Part shown: one piece after another, positions 39,256-59,000 of the stretch
Layout of the letters: every line of letters begins with the position of its first letter
Numbering within the stretch: the stretch's first letter is position 1
NCBI RefSeq assembly: GCF_009914755.1
Contig: NC_060939.1
Length of the DNA: 64,000 bases
DNA from: the human T2T-CHM13v2.0 reference genome, Homo sapiens
Reading direction: 5' to 3' (one strand)
The notes under the pieces: generated by a model
The model's input: the letters and a program-made list of their open reading frames with translations, nothing else
The model's database searches: none
What the model was told of the DNA's origin: nothing
Translations under genes and position numbers: made by a program

Positions 39256-40268
39256 AGAATTTTCAGCCCTTTGGGAAGCTGAAAAACTAGATAGTTGGAA
39301 CACAGTGGACTAGTAGATATTATAGCACCAACCTCCACCTTTGCTTTCCAGAATAGTCCAGGGATGGGTTCTCCGTTAACCTAGTCTACCTTTTCCACAA
39401 CAAAGAATTCGGCCAGGTGCCTCTTGGACTGACTTTTGCACTGTGGGGAATCTGCAGTATTCCACCACCCCCCGCCCACACAAGCAGTCAGGTCTCAGGG
39501 CTTTTAATCATCTGTGTAGTTGCTCTTTCCTGTTAAGATAGGTTTTAGTGGTGGGTCTGAGCATGTGATACATCTCAAGAAGAATAATGACATTAGGCAT
39601 ATTTGGTCCATGTACACTGGCAAGATGCTTAACTTCTAATGTGTTGACAGCCATATGTATGAGAATCCCACCTGATTGCTGAGTGGTTGATTTAGGTGTC
39701 TCTACTACTAGGAAAAGGGAAATTATTTGAACTGCAGTTTCTTGGTCCAGTCTTCCAAAGAATATTCCAAGAGAGAATTTGGAACATAGAAGAAGATATT
39801 GAAATCATCAGAGTGGTCTTCAGAAAAGGTTAGAATATGACAGGGCAGGGGACACAGCAGTGAGGAAGCATAATGATGCTAATAATAATATCAACACAAT
39901 AACCATAATAATAGCTAATACTAATTGTACTTATTTGCATAAGTTTAAGTTTTCCGTATATTAAGTCTACAACCCTGGAAACAACCATTTTAGATAGGTC
40001 CAATTATTTTCTACTTTTAATAGATGTGAAGTGAAGTAGCTTTTCCAAGATCACAAAGCTAGTGGGTGGTGAAGCCAAAATATTCATAAAGTAGAGCCTG
40101 CTTTTCCATTGGTTTATATGAGGGTACTTATCCTCCTGTGTGGTGAGAGGATGGCCATCATCCAGGAACTCCTGAGGGTTTCATGCATTGCGACTCATTT
40201 TTCAGCCATTTTGTCAGGTTGGGTTATAGTATTTTTGTTGATAGTTGAAAATAGAAAGTAAAAAACAT

Positions 40269-40626
<358 letters not shown>

Positions 40627-41464
40627 TCATATCCACTCTGCCTGGTCAGCAAGATACTTAAAAGAAGGGTTTCAAAGGGAGCCTCTCTAACTTTGAAGGG
40701 CCCAGGAGCCAAAGGAGCGAGCCGTGAGCCCTCAGTTTATTTCCAAGCAAGAGCACCTGAGCAGGGAGGTACCCAATATACTCTTTTCCCTGACCTTGGG
40801 GTAGGTCCCTGCTGCACCACTGCCTGGAGACAAAGGCTTGATGTTAGGTCTAGGGTGACAGGGAAGAGGCCTCTGACCACTGGTGACCCTTAACGTCAAA
40901 GATAGGTAGGAGGAAGAGGTGGAAACCAATACTTAAGATTTAGGGAGGCAGGATCCTTGCTAGCTCCCTGCATGAATCTTCTCAATTACTTGACTTTTTC
41001 ATAGAAACTTTTACTTATTTATTTTTCTGACACAGTTACCTGCTAGACTATTAGACTAGAAAGGGGAAATAATGATGCTTATGTCTTAAAATAACAATCA
41101 TAAAATCAAGCTAAAAAACTCTGACAGTATTCTTATCTTAATAAATTCTTAAGTTCCTCTTTCTCCTCTCTGTTCCTTTTCTTCTGTGTTATCTTTCTCT
41201 GCTGCAGGGATTAAGACTACAGACATTGAAGTCAAACTGGCTTAAGCCCCATTATTTAATTTTGTGACCAAAGGCAGATTACTTCTTTATTTCCTCATCT
41301 GCAAAATAGCACCAACCTCCTAGGGGGTGCTTATTCTTAGCATAATGCCTGGTGCTTTGTTAGCATGCAACCCTGGCTTGTTATAATCAGCTCTAATTTT
41401 CCGGTCTGTGACATCTACGTATTAAACCTAATTCCAGGTGTGTCCCATGAAAACAAAATAAGAA

Positions 41465-41761
41465 GGCCGGGCACAGTGGCTCACGCCTGTAATCCCAACA
41501 CTTTGGGAGGCCGAGGCGGGCAGATCACCTGAGGTCGGCAGTTCAAGACCAGCCTGACCAACGTGGAGAAACCTCGTCTCTACTAAAAATACAAAATCAG
41601 CCGGGCGTGGTGGCACATGCCTGTAATCCCAGCTACTCAAGGCTGAGGCAGGAGAATTGCTTGAACCCAGGAAGTGAAGGTTGCAGTGAGCCGAGATCGT
41701 GCCATTGCGCTCCAGCCTGGGCAACAAGAGCAAAACTCCGTCTAAAAAAAAAAAGTAAAAA
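41465..41761 (+). mobile_element. AluSp-like element with 16-bp TSD
   Basis: cctgaccaac.tggagaaac and ggcaacaagagc diagnostics; TSD GAAAACAAAATAAGAA at 41449-41464 and 41762-41777. Confidence 0.92.
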
Positions 41762-44700
41762 GAAAACAAAATAAGAAGGTTAGCAAGCAAAGTCTCTTCT
41801 GTTAGTAGAGCAGACATGTGAAATATTTTCTATTTGGGCCTGGGAAGTTATTTCTACCAATAAGCCATAGATCCTGCCTTCGAGGAGCTCACAGTCTAAA
41901 GAGGAAGACAGGAGGTAGATGAGCAATTCTACCCACTGTGGCAAATCCACAGTAGAAATGGATAGAGTGTCCTGCGAGGAGAGCAGAGAGAGGGATGGAG
42001 AGGGTCTGAGACTGGCGCTGGGTCCTAAGGATGACTAGGAATTTGCCAGTCAGAGGAGCTGCAGAAGGTGTTCCAGGTTCAGAGAACAACAGGAGCCAAG
42101 GGCAGGAGGCCTCAGCTGAGCTGGCCACTCGCAGAGGAACTGCAGCCGTGGAAATAAGCATGTGAATACTGATTTGAGCAAAAGTGTAAGCGATGTCAGT
42201 ACACCAGGGTGATGCAAACTGCAACTAAATAAAGCAGTGATAATAATACTACTTCTTCACACTTGTATAGCACCTTTACAATTTTTAAAGTATTTTTACT
42301 CACATTTTCTCACTTGTCCCTTTAAAAAAAAACCATGGTGAAAGAGGGAGTCAACAGAGATGCATCCTTCCCTCATCTCAGAAGAGGTGAGGTAAGGAGG
42401 GAGGTGGGAGCAGCCAGCGGTGCCTTGCTGCACGGGAGGGATCCCTCCTGTCCTTCACACTGGCCTCCGTTCCCTCTTCTCCCTTGGGCAGCTTGGATGC
42501 TGCTGAAAGACAGTAAGCAGAAGGTATAACCGACCCACTTGAGATAGAGCCTAGGGCCTGGGGACTGGTGATTACAGCACCTCATAAACCAGGCCAGGCC
42601 TGTTGGGCTGGGGTTGTGTTTGTACTAACGGCTGCTTCTACTTGTTGAATGTCCACTGATCTGAAGGGTGTCTGGGACTTTCAGTGCATATGACATGAAA
42701 GAGGTGGCTCTGCCTCTCTACCCAGCTTGGAATAGATGCAGCCCCTCAGGAAGAAACCCACAGGTCCCTCCAGTTCTTTCCCCCAGTCCTGCTAGAACGC
42801 CTTTCTTACTCTGGTTGTAATCCTGCCTTGTCCCTGTATCCTTCATACAAAGGACCCCACACCCTCTGTGTTTCCTGGTTTTGCAATCCTTTCTTTTTTG
42901 TCAAAGAGCTGCAGGTCTCTATAGTGAGAGTAGGTGGGGAAAAGGAAAACCAGTCACACTTTTTCCTCCAAAGATAATTAGGCTAATTTCTCTCAATCTT
43001 TTCACCAATGTTTATCCTGTTTGCATGTCTAAAGAAAGCAACATTCTTTTTTCTCTATGCCTCCCCAGGATGCCTCCTGTGATTAGAATAGAATTTGAGG
43101 CCCTAGGTCCAAGGCATTGGTCAACTTAGGAAATGGGCCGGACAATATCACTGGCACACTGCTAAGTCCTATATGTCCTTCCCAACAATTTCAAAATCAA
43201 GGGAAGTCCAGATCTCACTATGGTCACATCTGCAGCTGTAAGGGCAATTGCCTACCGGAAATACTGCTGCATAATTTAATGCTTAATTTAATAATTTAAT
43301 ACATAATTTAATATGTTGGTGCGTGTATGTGTTCATTACTGGTGATCGTGGATGACCTGTCATTAGCAATTCACCATCAGTGGGTAAAGGGCTCTGTGGA
43401 GATTTTTCAATGTTTTTTTTTTCTTGAGAAGGCACAGGGTCGCACACAGAAATTCATTCAACAAGAACTATTAAAACCCTGTGGACTAACCACTTTTTTG
43501 GGAGTTTATTTGCAGACGTAAAAGGCAGTTCCTGAACTCAAAGAAACCTACAGTGCGGGGGAGTAAGTTATGAAAAGAAGGAAACAGACTATCACGTGAT
43601 ATGTGCTCTGATGAAAGTGAGCCCAGATTTTCATGGCCGGAGAAGGAAAAGAAGGAAAATCCTGGTGGGAAGTGATTTCTCATGAGGAATCAGTCATGAA
43701 GAGGAAGGGACAAGAAGAGCATTCCAGGTAGTGATGGGGACAGCACATCCAAAGGCAGAAAGGTGGAGAAAGCTGAGTTTGCACTGGAATGAGGGGGTGC
43801 TTTACCATGCCCGAAATTTAGGGGGTTCAGAGAAGTGGCATCCAAATGCTGTCCTCTGGTCCCTCTTGGCCCCATAGCTGTAAGACCAATGCTGAATGTC
43901 ACTGTGGAACCTAGTTTTGATTTTTGTCAATGCAAATCCATTTTGAGCCTCTCTGAGATTAGCCTTGGAGGTCATAGAGCAATGGACCTGGAGACAGGTG
44001 ACCCAGAAGCCTCTTGTCAGCAGTATGACCTCCAGCAGTTCTTTAACTCCTTGTCTGAAAAGCATCTATTTACTAATTCAGCAAATATTTACCAAGTAGA
44101 TAGTGAGTTCCAGATGCTATGGTGGGTAATAAAGATAAAGTAGAGAACAGACAGACATGACTTCTGTTCTCCTGAAGCTGACACGAAGTTCAGTGGAGAA
44201 AATAACTTCTGCCCTAAGCCTCTAAGGTCAGCTTTAAGGACTAGAGTAGATAGACATATTTGCTTTGAAGAGCATAAAACACTATAAGTGAAAAGCTCTT
44301 TCCCCAAACCCTGGTCTAGGCTGAATATCAATGAGAGCTAGGCACCCCAATCCCCACCCACACACAGAAGTTTATTAAATATCAGCTGCAAAGCACATTG
44401 GGAATGCAGAGAGAGGCTAAGAAACCTAGACAGAGGTCCTGAGTGTATGTGAACTGAGCTTCCCACAGCACATCCTACAATTTAAAAAAGATATTGGACA
44501 TGATCTGCTAGCCTGTGGGACCACCTCACCCCTGGGTGAGGTGAGAAAGCTCGAAGAGACACTTAAAGGCCGTATTTCCCAAGGACACATGGTTGTGGGG
44601 GGGAAAATGCACCCTCTGCCATTTCATCTGGGACGCCATCAGAATGCCAAGTCCACATTCGTAAGTGCCAGTGGAGGCTCGGTCCCTGTTCAAGGCATCA

Positions 44701-45254
44701 GTCAGTTTGTAGTACAAAGCCCATTTGTGGTTCAGCGTCACAGATCAGAGGCAGCGATCGCGCACTCTCCTGTCTCAGGGTACAGAGGGAGCACATGCAC
44801 TTTGTATCCTAGGCAACGGCAATGCTACAACAAAAAACTTAGAAGTGTGAATTGGGAAGAATTTTACTTTGAGTGAAGAACCTTTTTCAATGCAGGCACC
44901 AAACTCAAAATCATAAAATGTCACAACTTGGAAGGGGCATTGGAGATCACCTGCGTTCTCATTGTATAGATTGGGAAACCGAGGCTGGAAGAGGCAAGTT
45001 GGCTTTCTCATGGTCTGTCAGATCCTTAGAGGCTGAGTTAAGAGTAGAATCCAGATTTTTTACCTCCCTATTATCTCCAGGTGTGTTTAATGTTTGGGAT
45101 AAGATTAACATCCCCCAAGGTGATTCATAAGGAAAGTGAGAACAAATGTAGATAAGGGTTTGAAGCGTAATTATCTCTGGCATTAGAACCACACACCCTT
45201 CCTCACAGTTGTACCTTTAGCCTTGAACAGGCTTCCTGGTACTCACCTGGTCTA

Positions 45255-45500
45255 ATAGTGATTTTTATGGTGCTTACCATGTGCCAGGATCTCTGGTTCA
45301 AGAACTCCTTCCGTCCTCAGCAACTCTATGAGGTAGCTGCTAGTGTGATCCTATCCCCAACATACAGGGTAATGGAGGGACCAAGTGGTGAACTAGCTCA
45401 CCCAAGGTCAGATCACTGGTTGCGCAGCAAAGCTGGGGCACCTACCTGGGCAGCCTGGCTCCAGAGCCATGTTCTCTACCCCGTACGCCACTGCTCAACG
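45255..45500 (-). mobile_element. MIR
   Basis: gtgcttaccatgtgccagg ... tcctcagcaactctatgaggtag ... ggctccagagcc. Confidence 0.7.
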
Positions 45501-47000
45501 CTTGTCAGCCTCCATCCCTGACAGCAGCAAGGGCTGAGTTTGCTTAATACCCTCTTGGTCTTGCATCAATTTAGTGAAAATTAGGAACTGAGATTTTAAG
45601 AACTTGCATGGATTGACCTAAACTCCCATTTTGCCTCTGTGGACCCAGAGGTTTCAGAAGTTCATAGTCCATCAGATACAGAGCCTAGACAAAAGGCTGC
45701 AGGTAATGCACAGGTGCACTGACTCAGGCTTAGCCTGGGCGCTCCCTGAGCTTTGCAGGACTTAAAATTCACCTGGGCTGTTTATTATTCTCATTCTTAG
45801 TTACAGCTCCATTTTTAGTCCAGATCTATCAAATGGAACCTAACTTACCATGGGCCACATTTCCATCAGTAGGAAAAAATACATTTAAAAAATAATTATT
45901 TTGAAATAATTATGAACTCACAGGAAGTTGTAATAATAGTACAGAGAGTTCCATGTCCCCTTCACCCAGGAAGTACATTTTAAAAAACAAGTTAGGATTG
46001 ACTTACAGAATCCTGATAAGGTTAATGCTCTAAATCTTTCTGAGCAATCAGTAATCTTTCTCTACGTTTGTTAGAGACAGGCAACTGTTACTGTATTTTC
46101 AAATACAGAAGGCAAATACTAATACAAAGGCCTTATTTTTGGTGACCGAAAACCAAAGGACTTGGGACTAAAAATTCTTGGCTTTTAAAATTTCACTTCT
46201 CTTCCTCTGGGTCATTAGAGTTTTAACCCTTCTGTAAACTCATCACCAACTGTTTTAAAGCATGACATCACCTGAGAACCTCTGATGAGGCACTTTGCAG
46301 AATATCAAACCTGAAGATGTGAGCCTTTTAAAATAGAGTGAAATCCCATTGTTGTTGGCAGTGATGCTAACATAGATCATTGAACTCTGTTGTGACATCT
46401 GGGTTCTGCACTGGCTTCACTACTCCTGGATCATAAGTCCCTCAATTTATCTGCTTGACCTTTGTCAGACAGGAATAGGAGCAGCAGCCCATCCTCAGTC
46501 CTTCTTTGCCAGGGTATTGTTCATTTATTTGAAAGCCTGGAAAGGCTTCATGGAGTACATTGAAAGCTATGGCTACACGGTGGTTGCATCAGACAAGTCA
46601 GTAGCATCAGAACAAACATACTCTACTTCTGTCATCCGAGCCCAAAGGGCAGAACCAGGCATAGACCCAGGCCCTAATATCCTGAACAGAATGTCACATG
46701 CAGGCCATATGGCAGCCTCAGCAGGTCATCTGGTAGAATAAGCCAGTGTTCCACAGACAGGCTGAGTCCTTTGGCATCTGGGTCATCCCTTGGAACCTTG
46801 AGCCCTTCCTTTGTCTAGAATGGCTCCTTTTCCTGGAGGCTGAAGGGGAGGAGCCCAGTCTGGCTGGGATATGCCTGTGGAGGAGATAACCAAAAAAGAA
46901 GGCTTTCCATTTCTCTTGTCATTAGTTAGCCTTGAAAACCCTTCGGTTCCCCTGAAAAAAGGAGACACGATTGTTCATTTCTGCCACAACAGTCTCCTGC

Positions 47001-47041
<41 letters not shown>
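47001..47041 (+). repeat. (TG)5(TA)15 microsatellite
   Basis: Directly visible. Confidence 0.95.
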
Positions 47042-47043
<2 letters not shown>

Positions 47044-48384
47044 CGATTGTAGAAGGTTCCTTGTGCATTATACTTTCACAAAGCAAGTTATTATATTGAT
47101 GTCTTAAGAGGCTGATATATTTTGTCATCTTCCCGGATAGCAGATTTTCTGCTTACATATCAGGCTCATATTCTCATTAGTTTCTTGTATTATTTTCACT
47201 GTTAATGAGGATTGTTTCTAGGACAATTTTGCTTTAAAATGAATGTTATTCAATTTGAGTTAGGGCAGAAAGGCAAAAACTTGTAGGCAAATTGTTGCTA
47301 GAATTATGGTCCCCAGAGCAGTGGTTCTGATCACAGGTCAGATGCTGGGATTATTGTCCAGGTTTGCTTAGAATTGGCAAAGACAGGTTAGATCCTGTTT
47401 TCTGTCCCTTCCTGCCCAACTCTTTTTAATTTCAGTTCCTTTCTGAATTATTAATATGTAACCAAAGTATTACTGATTCAGATATTGGTGTGCTTTGCTT
47501 TAAGAAAATCCAGACTTAAAGTGAAAACCTTGCATAAGAGGTTTTTAATTTTCAGAAAACTTAAGTCGACAGCTTTATCATGTACATAAAATATAACTCA
47601 AATAAAATTGACCCAACTTTGAGGAAAACACTGATTTTAAGAGCAAGGCATTAATAAGGATCACCCAGACTTCCATAGCCCCAGCCTCCCCTTTCTTCTC
47701 TCCCATAGTATCTACTACCACCTGCGCTTTTTTCTCTTCTGTCAGAATCCAGCATGTTCTGATATGCTGGGTAAGATCAGATCTTACAAATGTCTTCATA
47801 CTGGTTTCTGGTTATGGTATGTTCTATCATTACTTAATTTATAACTAGAAAAAAGGCCATTGGCCAAAGAAAAGAATTTCCCATTGCAGAATTTTAGGCA
47901 TAACCCAGCCATTAGGCAAGCTGATTTTCATTTTATATTTGTTAGGTAGTGAAGAGTCACATAGGATTCTTCTCTGCCAGTCCCATATATCCACTCTCTA
48001 ATCTCAGGAATAGCCTGCTTTCCTTCCCTTTGTTCTGGGAAAGCTGCAAAGTGAGCAGGAATTTCAGTGGTGGAGATGGGGAGGTTGACAGAAATCATTT
48101 AGTTATTTGGCCTGTGTTGCCCATTTCTGGTGGGCAGTTTGTTAATGATGGGTAGGTGTGAAAAGAGGCATCTGTTGCCTTTTATAGAGAACCTCTTGGT
48201 TTTGCAGCACCTGAAGCTCATGAACTGGAGGCTAATGAGGATATTGTGCCAACGCTGCAGGAGAATGATGGTAGACTCAAGATTCGCTGTTGGGTTGATG
48301 GTGGAGAGCTGTTCATTTTGATGTGGCCTGTGTGCCACAGCGAAGTCCTGTCAGTGTTCTACCTTCTTTCTTTATTTCTTCCTC

Positions 48385-50300
<1,916 letters not shown>

Positions 50301-51799
50301 GGATGTTTATCCCACTAGATAGGGAAGTAGGAATCCCTCTAGCCATCAGGAGGAGAACATGGATTCTTAGAGAAAAAACAGGTTTCTACAGTTTTAATTT
50401 AGCAGCCCCCTTGTATTGCATAAAATCAGTCCAGATTGGTGAAGTGACTTGTCTCTGGCCACCTAGCTAGCCAGTCTGTGACCCCAGATCTCCTGGTTCC
50501 TGGCCTCTTTCCTCTCTTGCTGCCAGTGTCGGTGGGAGAAGAATCATCCCTGATTTGTTCCTCATGGTGTGAGTCTCCACTGCTCCTGTCAGGCCCTTCC
50601 TTGCTCCTTCAGAATGCACATTTCACAGATTCTGATGTGTCAGCAGGGCTTCAGCTGTGTGGAAGGTGAGTCACAGAGCTGCTTCATTTCCTCCACATGC
50701 CATGGGGCAGAGTTTTAGACGGTTAATTATAAAGTGTCAGTAACATAACAGTGCTAGAAGCCTCTTCCTCTAACCTGGGAACCCACATTCCTAGAAGGAG
50801 GAAGGGTCTCAGAGTTGGGGCCTTTCAGCAATCTCCTCATGGCCCACAGCGAGAGAGGATGTATTTATTTGTTCAGATGTGACACCTGCACACAGAAGCT
50901 GCATGCATGAGGTGGAGGGTGGGGTAGCAGTACCGATTCCTTAAATGAAAAAGCCTCTGCTCCTTGAAAACACCACATCAGCCAAGAGTTACTTGGTGAG
51001 CCTGGAGGCAAGGAGCACCCATGCTTTTCAGAAGGGCCCAGAGTAGCCTGCCCCAGCTCTACTTCGGGGTCTCCTGGAATCTGTATATATAGTGATGATT
51101 AATAATCTAGTCTTCTTACCACACATGGAAGGTGAAAGAAGGCCTGCAATTCAGTGGAGATGACCTTCTTATATTCCAAAGCTTGTGGTGTCAGCCAAGC
51201 TGTCATACCATTCTGATTAAATACTGACGGTGATCATTAAGATCTAAAGCCCTGCCCAGAACACACTGCTTAGAATCTAGGCACATGAATGCTATATAAA
51301 CCTAAACCTCCCTTTTATAATTGATCTTCAATTACAACCCTCCTTGTCTTGATAGGCTCCAAGGTATAGCAATCAAGTTGCTTCTCTTTGCCCTCTCTCA
51401 ACTTACCTAAACCCACTGCTCCTTTTTTGTTTAGTCTCTTGGGGCTTTCATGACCCATAGTTGGTAAATGGATAATTCCTGTGACACCAGGTGCCATCAT
51501 TCTCATTGACTACAGTAAGAGCAGTGCCCCTGAAATGTCATAGACTACAGAGTGAATGGTGCTCTTTGTGCCACAGGTCTAGTTCCACCCCCTCTTCTTC
51601 CTTTAGTTACAGCATTCTCAGCAGAAAAAGTCCATGCTCTTGGGAAGTGGAAGCCCCAGGGGCCCATCCCCCCTGGGTCTGCTGCCCTCTCTTGTTTGTT
51701 TAGTGGTACTAAATCAATCTAAATTAAACTGGAGTCCAAAATGCTAACCTTGCGCTAAGAGATTCAGCGGGGATGTGGTGATTCAGGACACATGGTTCA

Positions 51800-53900
<2,101 letters not shown>

Positions 53901-54143
53901 TAAGCAGATACTCTTTGTATAGTGGCATCTTGGGATGAGAGCTAGAGGATAGCTTTCAAATCAACATGGTATCTCTCTGGGTTCTTTGGGCTAGCGATAA
54001 AGTAGGTCTACCCCATTTCTACATTCTAATTTCCTTTGAACTATCTAGTTTTCAGGGAGACAAAGACTATATACCACTTTCTCTATCTGGGATTCATTAA
54101 TTTCAAATTTGGCTACTATGCTATAACCATAACAAGAACTTGT

Positions 54144-54279
54144 GGCCAGATATGATGGCTCATGGCTGTAATCCCAACACATTGGGAGGCCCAGGTGAGA
54201 GAATCACTTGAAGCCAGAAATTTGAGACCAGCCTAGGCGACATAGTGAGACCTCACCTCTACTAAAAATACAAAATAAA
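54144..54279 (+). mobile_element. Alu left monomer (J/FLAM-type)
   Basis: Single arm ending in ctactaaaaatacaaaataaa. Confidence 0.85.
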
Positions 54280-54329
54280 TTTTCTTTTAAAGTTTAAAAA
54301 TTTGCATTAACCTTCCCTATAAATTCCCC

Positions 54330-55820
<1,491 letters not shown>

Positions 55821-55844
55821 AGCCTTAAGCTGTATGAAATTAGC

Positions 55845-55935
55845 AAATATAAAATTATAAAAATATAACAATATATAATATAAATATAACAATATATTAT
55901 GTATAATAATATAAGTATAAATATTATATAAAATC
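55845..55935. repeat. AT-rich low-complexity tract
   Basis: Degenerate (TATAA)n. Confidence 0.8.
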
Positions 55936-56429
55936 ATCAAGTCTCCATAAGGTAAAATCAAATGCTGAGTATGGGACTAAGCTCCATGTACCTCCCTTCT
56001 CCCAAGTATCCTGTCACTCACGCCCTGGTTGTTCTGGCAGCTCTGAACTCCCATTAAGAGCTTTCCTCATCATATTTAGTATTTAACATTAGGAATGTAT
56101 GGGAGAAGTTCATATAAAATACCAAAAACTGAATAAACATAGCTAGTCAGGCATCCTGGCTCTCTGACTGTGTCACAAACAGGAATGACTTCATGTAGGA
56201 ATGTTCTTTACCCTAAGCTTGCGTGTGAGGAAGATGGTTTCCTCTTTTTTGGAGGCCTGTACATCTGTGAAGGTGTGCCTTATCCTCTAAGAATGCCCCT
56301 GTCATTGTTTGGATGGTATACATAAACAGTTTAGCAAATAGTTGTACAAGATGAAGGAATGAACATTGCTTTTTTTTTTTCCACCTTTTTGCCAGACAAG
56401 ACGTAACCAGAATAGACATGATGATATTC

Positions 56430-56690
56430 GTTAAAATTTACTAAAGATTTACTGCGGAGCAGGCTCTGTGTTAGATGCCTCATACTGATTATCTCATTTA
56501 ATCCTAAACAGAGCCTATGAAGTAATAAAGATAATTATTCCCATTTTACATTTGATGAAACTGAGGCTTAAAGAGATAAAGTCAATTTAAACAGGGCCCA
56601 AGAGCCAGGAAGTAAATGGCACAAGCAAGTTTGAACTCAGATTTTTCTAATCTCAAGATCCATGTTTTTTTCCAACATTTCATCCTGCTA
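56430..56690 (-). mobile_element. MIR
   Basis: atctcatttaatcct ... cccattttacatttgatgaaactgaggct. Confidence 0.75.
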
Positions 56691-57894
56691 CTTGGCCTGC
56701 CCTTTTTCAGCATAACTAGTATCATGATTTCACTGACCCCTGGACTCCTGATATATCTTCTTATGTAAAGTCAGAGCTAAGTAGTCTGAGGGGTTTACAT
56801 GCAAAGACATCCCCTTCCTGGTACATTGCTTTCAGGTATTTCCAGATTCTTCCCTCCCCCACCCAGCTTTTGCAATATGTATCACATTAAATGCCTCCAT
56901 TTATAACTACTATGGCAAGTCTGAATGTAATTTTTTTTTTTTTTTTTTTCAGAAATACAGCTTTATGCAGAGACAGGAAGCAGTTAGTGGTAGGGCTTTA
57001 TTTTGGGAGGATTAGAGTGGTAGGGGGTGGGGCATGGGGAGAAATTGCTTTCTGCAGTGTCAGATGAATGAGTTATAGGAAATGATAGCTCAGCCAGCAG
57101 CTTGGTGCTTGCTAGTGAGTCAGCAGTGATTCCATCCTCAGCCCCAGTGCTGGGATCACAGCTGAGAGACACTCTTCCTGGTGAGGGCTCCTCCCCGCCC
57201 TGCTGTCTGGGACATGGATGTTCTGCTTACCTGATGTGAACCATTCAGTTACCTGTCATGGAGGAGAAAGAGACACAGAACGATCTTTTTGTTTTAATGC
57301 AGATGTTTCTACACTTCTTTGGGATTAATTGGTATTTCTAATTATTTTTCCTGATATCCAGCAGAAAGATTCGGTGATTTTCTATCTAGAGGATGATATT
57401 TGGGACTGGTGTCAAAGCAGGATCTAGTTCTTAAGGCAACATTTTATACTTTTATACTACTTCAACTTTAGAAGGTCTTTGTAAGTGATCAGAATAGTAT
57501 GGAAAAGCAAGACAAGAAGACACTGCTTCAGAAGAAGAGGTAAACACGAAACCATCTTGTCAGCACAATGGAAACCATGTAGCTGTAGTAAAAAACTAGA
57601 ACCAAATCATTGCGGTTGTTGAGGTAGGATAGTAGGATTGTTGGTGATTGCTTTTTTGTTTTGTTTTGTTATGTTACTTTATTTTCCAGGTCCAATACAT
57701 AGGAACAAGTTGTAAAATTTATTCTATAAGTAGTCCTTTAGTGCTCTAAAGTAACTAGTTGTGAAAAATAACTGGCCAAATAACCTTAATATTTTAGGAT
57801 ATCTTTTCCCCAGGCCCTTATGAGACTCTTAAAGTCAATCTGGTCATACCCAGGATTCTCCAGTAGGAAATGGGTAGAGAGGTCTAACTTTTCT

Positions 57895-58100
57895 CAGAAT
57901 TTCCTATGTGCCAGGCATTTGCTTCCTTTTCGCTCTGAGAAGGTGCTATTATCCATATTTTACAGATAAAGAAACTAATGCTCAAAGAGATTGAAGGAAC
58001 GTTCCCAGGCCAATTTGCTAATATGTGGTATAATTTCATCCATGCCCAAGTCATACTGACTCCAAAGTCCATACTCTTTTAACTTTAGTACAAAATGATG
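57895..58100 (-). mobile_element. MIR
   Basis: cctatgtgccaggcatt ... ttttacagataaagaaact ... ctgactccaaagtcc. Confidence 0.7.
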
Positions 58101-58829
58101 CCAGCACAGTTTCCATTCCACCTGCTTTTTGTAAGGCAGTTTAAATATGTGAACTTACTGCTGGACTGATCATCCACGAAAAAAACTGCTGCAATATATT
58201 ATTCTCTTTTTGAAAAACTGGGACTCTAAAACTCACATATACTTGACTTGTACTTTAGTTAGACACATATTTAGAGCATTGGATAGCATGCATATCTGTG
58301 TGCTTCACCTGAAGTCCATAAAAAAGGTACAGTAAACACCTGGTTTAGTGGTTGGACTCCCCTGGAATTTGCAGTGACTCTCATGATCTCTCCTAAAGTT
58401 CTTAGATATGTAAGACTGAGGATAAAGCTAAATGTTTTGTTGTTCAGAACAGTAGCTGCAAGTGACAGTTTTGGTTGAGGGGGTGTGTTATTGTTGCAAA
58501 GTAGAACACTTACAGCTTCACAAAAATATCCATCTCATTGACCCAACAGGGCCCTAATTCATCTTTTTAATAAGCTAATAACATTTAAAGATCTTTTAAA
58601 TTTTTTACTGTTACTATAATGCAATTAATGCTGTGTTTTGATAGCTTTATTGAGGTATTGATATGTAATAAACTGCACATATTTAATGTACAATTTGATT
58701 AAATTTAACACCTATGAAGCATCACTTCAATAAAAATGATGAATATATCCATTTCCCCAAAAAGTTTTTTGTAATGCTCTATATTTGAAGGACAAAAATC
58801 CAGTCATTTATGTTCTCCTTTCCATTTGG

Positions 58830-59000
58830 TGAAAAGAGCCTGGACAGGGACCCAGATTATGTGAGTCTGGACTCCAATCTTGCCTTAACTAGCTCCACAC
58901 AATTCAGTGAGTCCTTTAATTTTTTTGGCCCTTGGATTTTCATCTGAAAAATGAGGGGGTTGGACTAGATGGTCCCTAAGGACCCCCACAGCTCTGAAGT
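58830..59000 (+). mobile_element. MIR (MIR3/MIRc-like)
   Basis: tttcatctgaaaaatgagggggttggactagatggtccctaagg. Confidence 0.7.
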
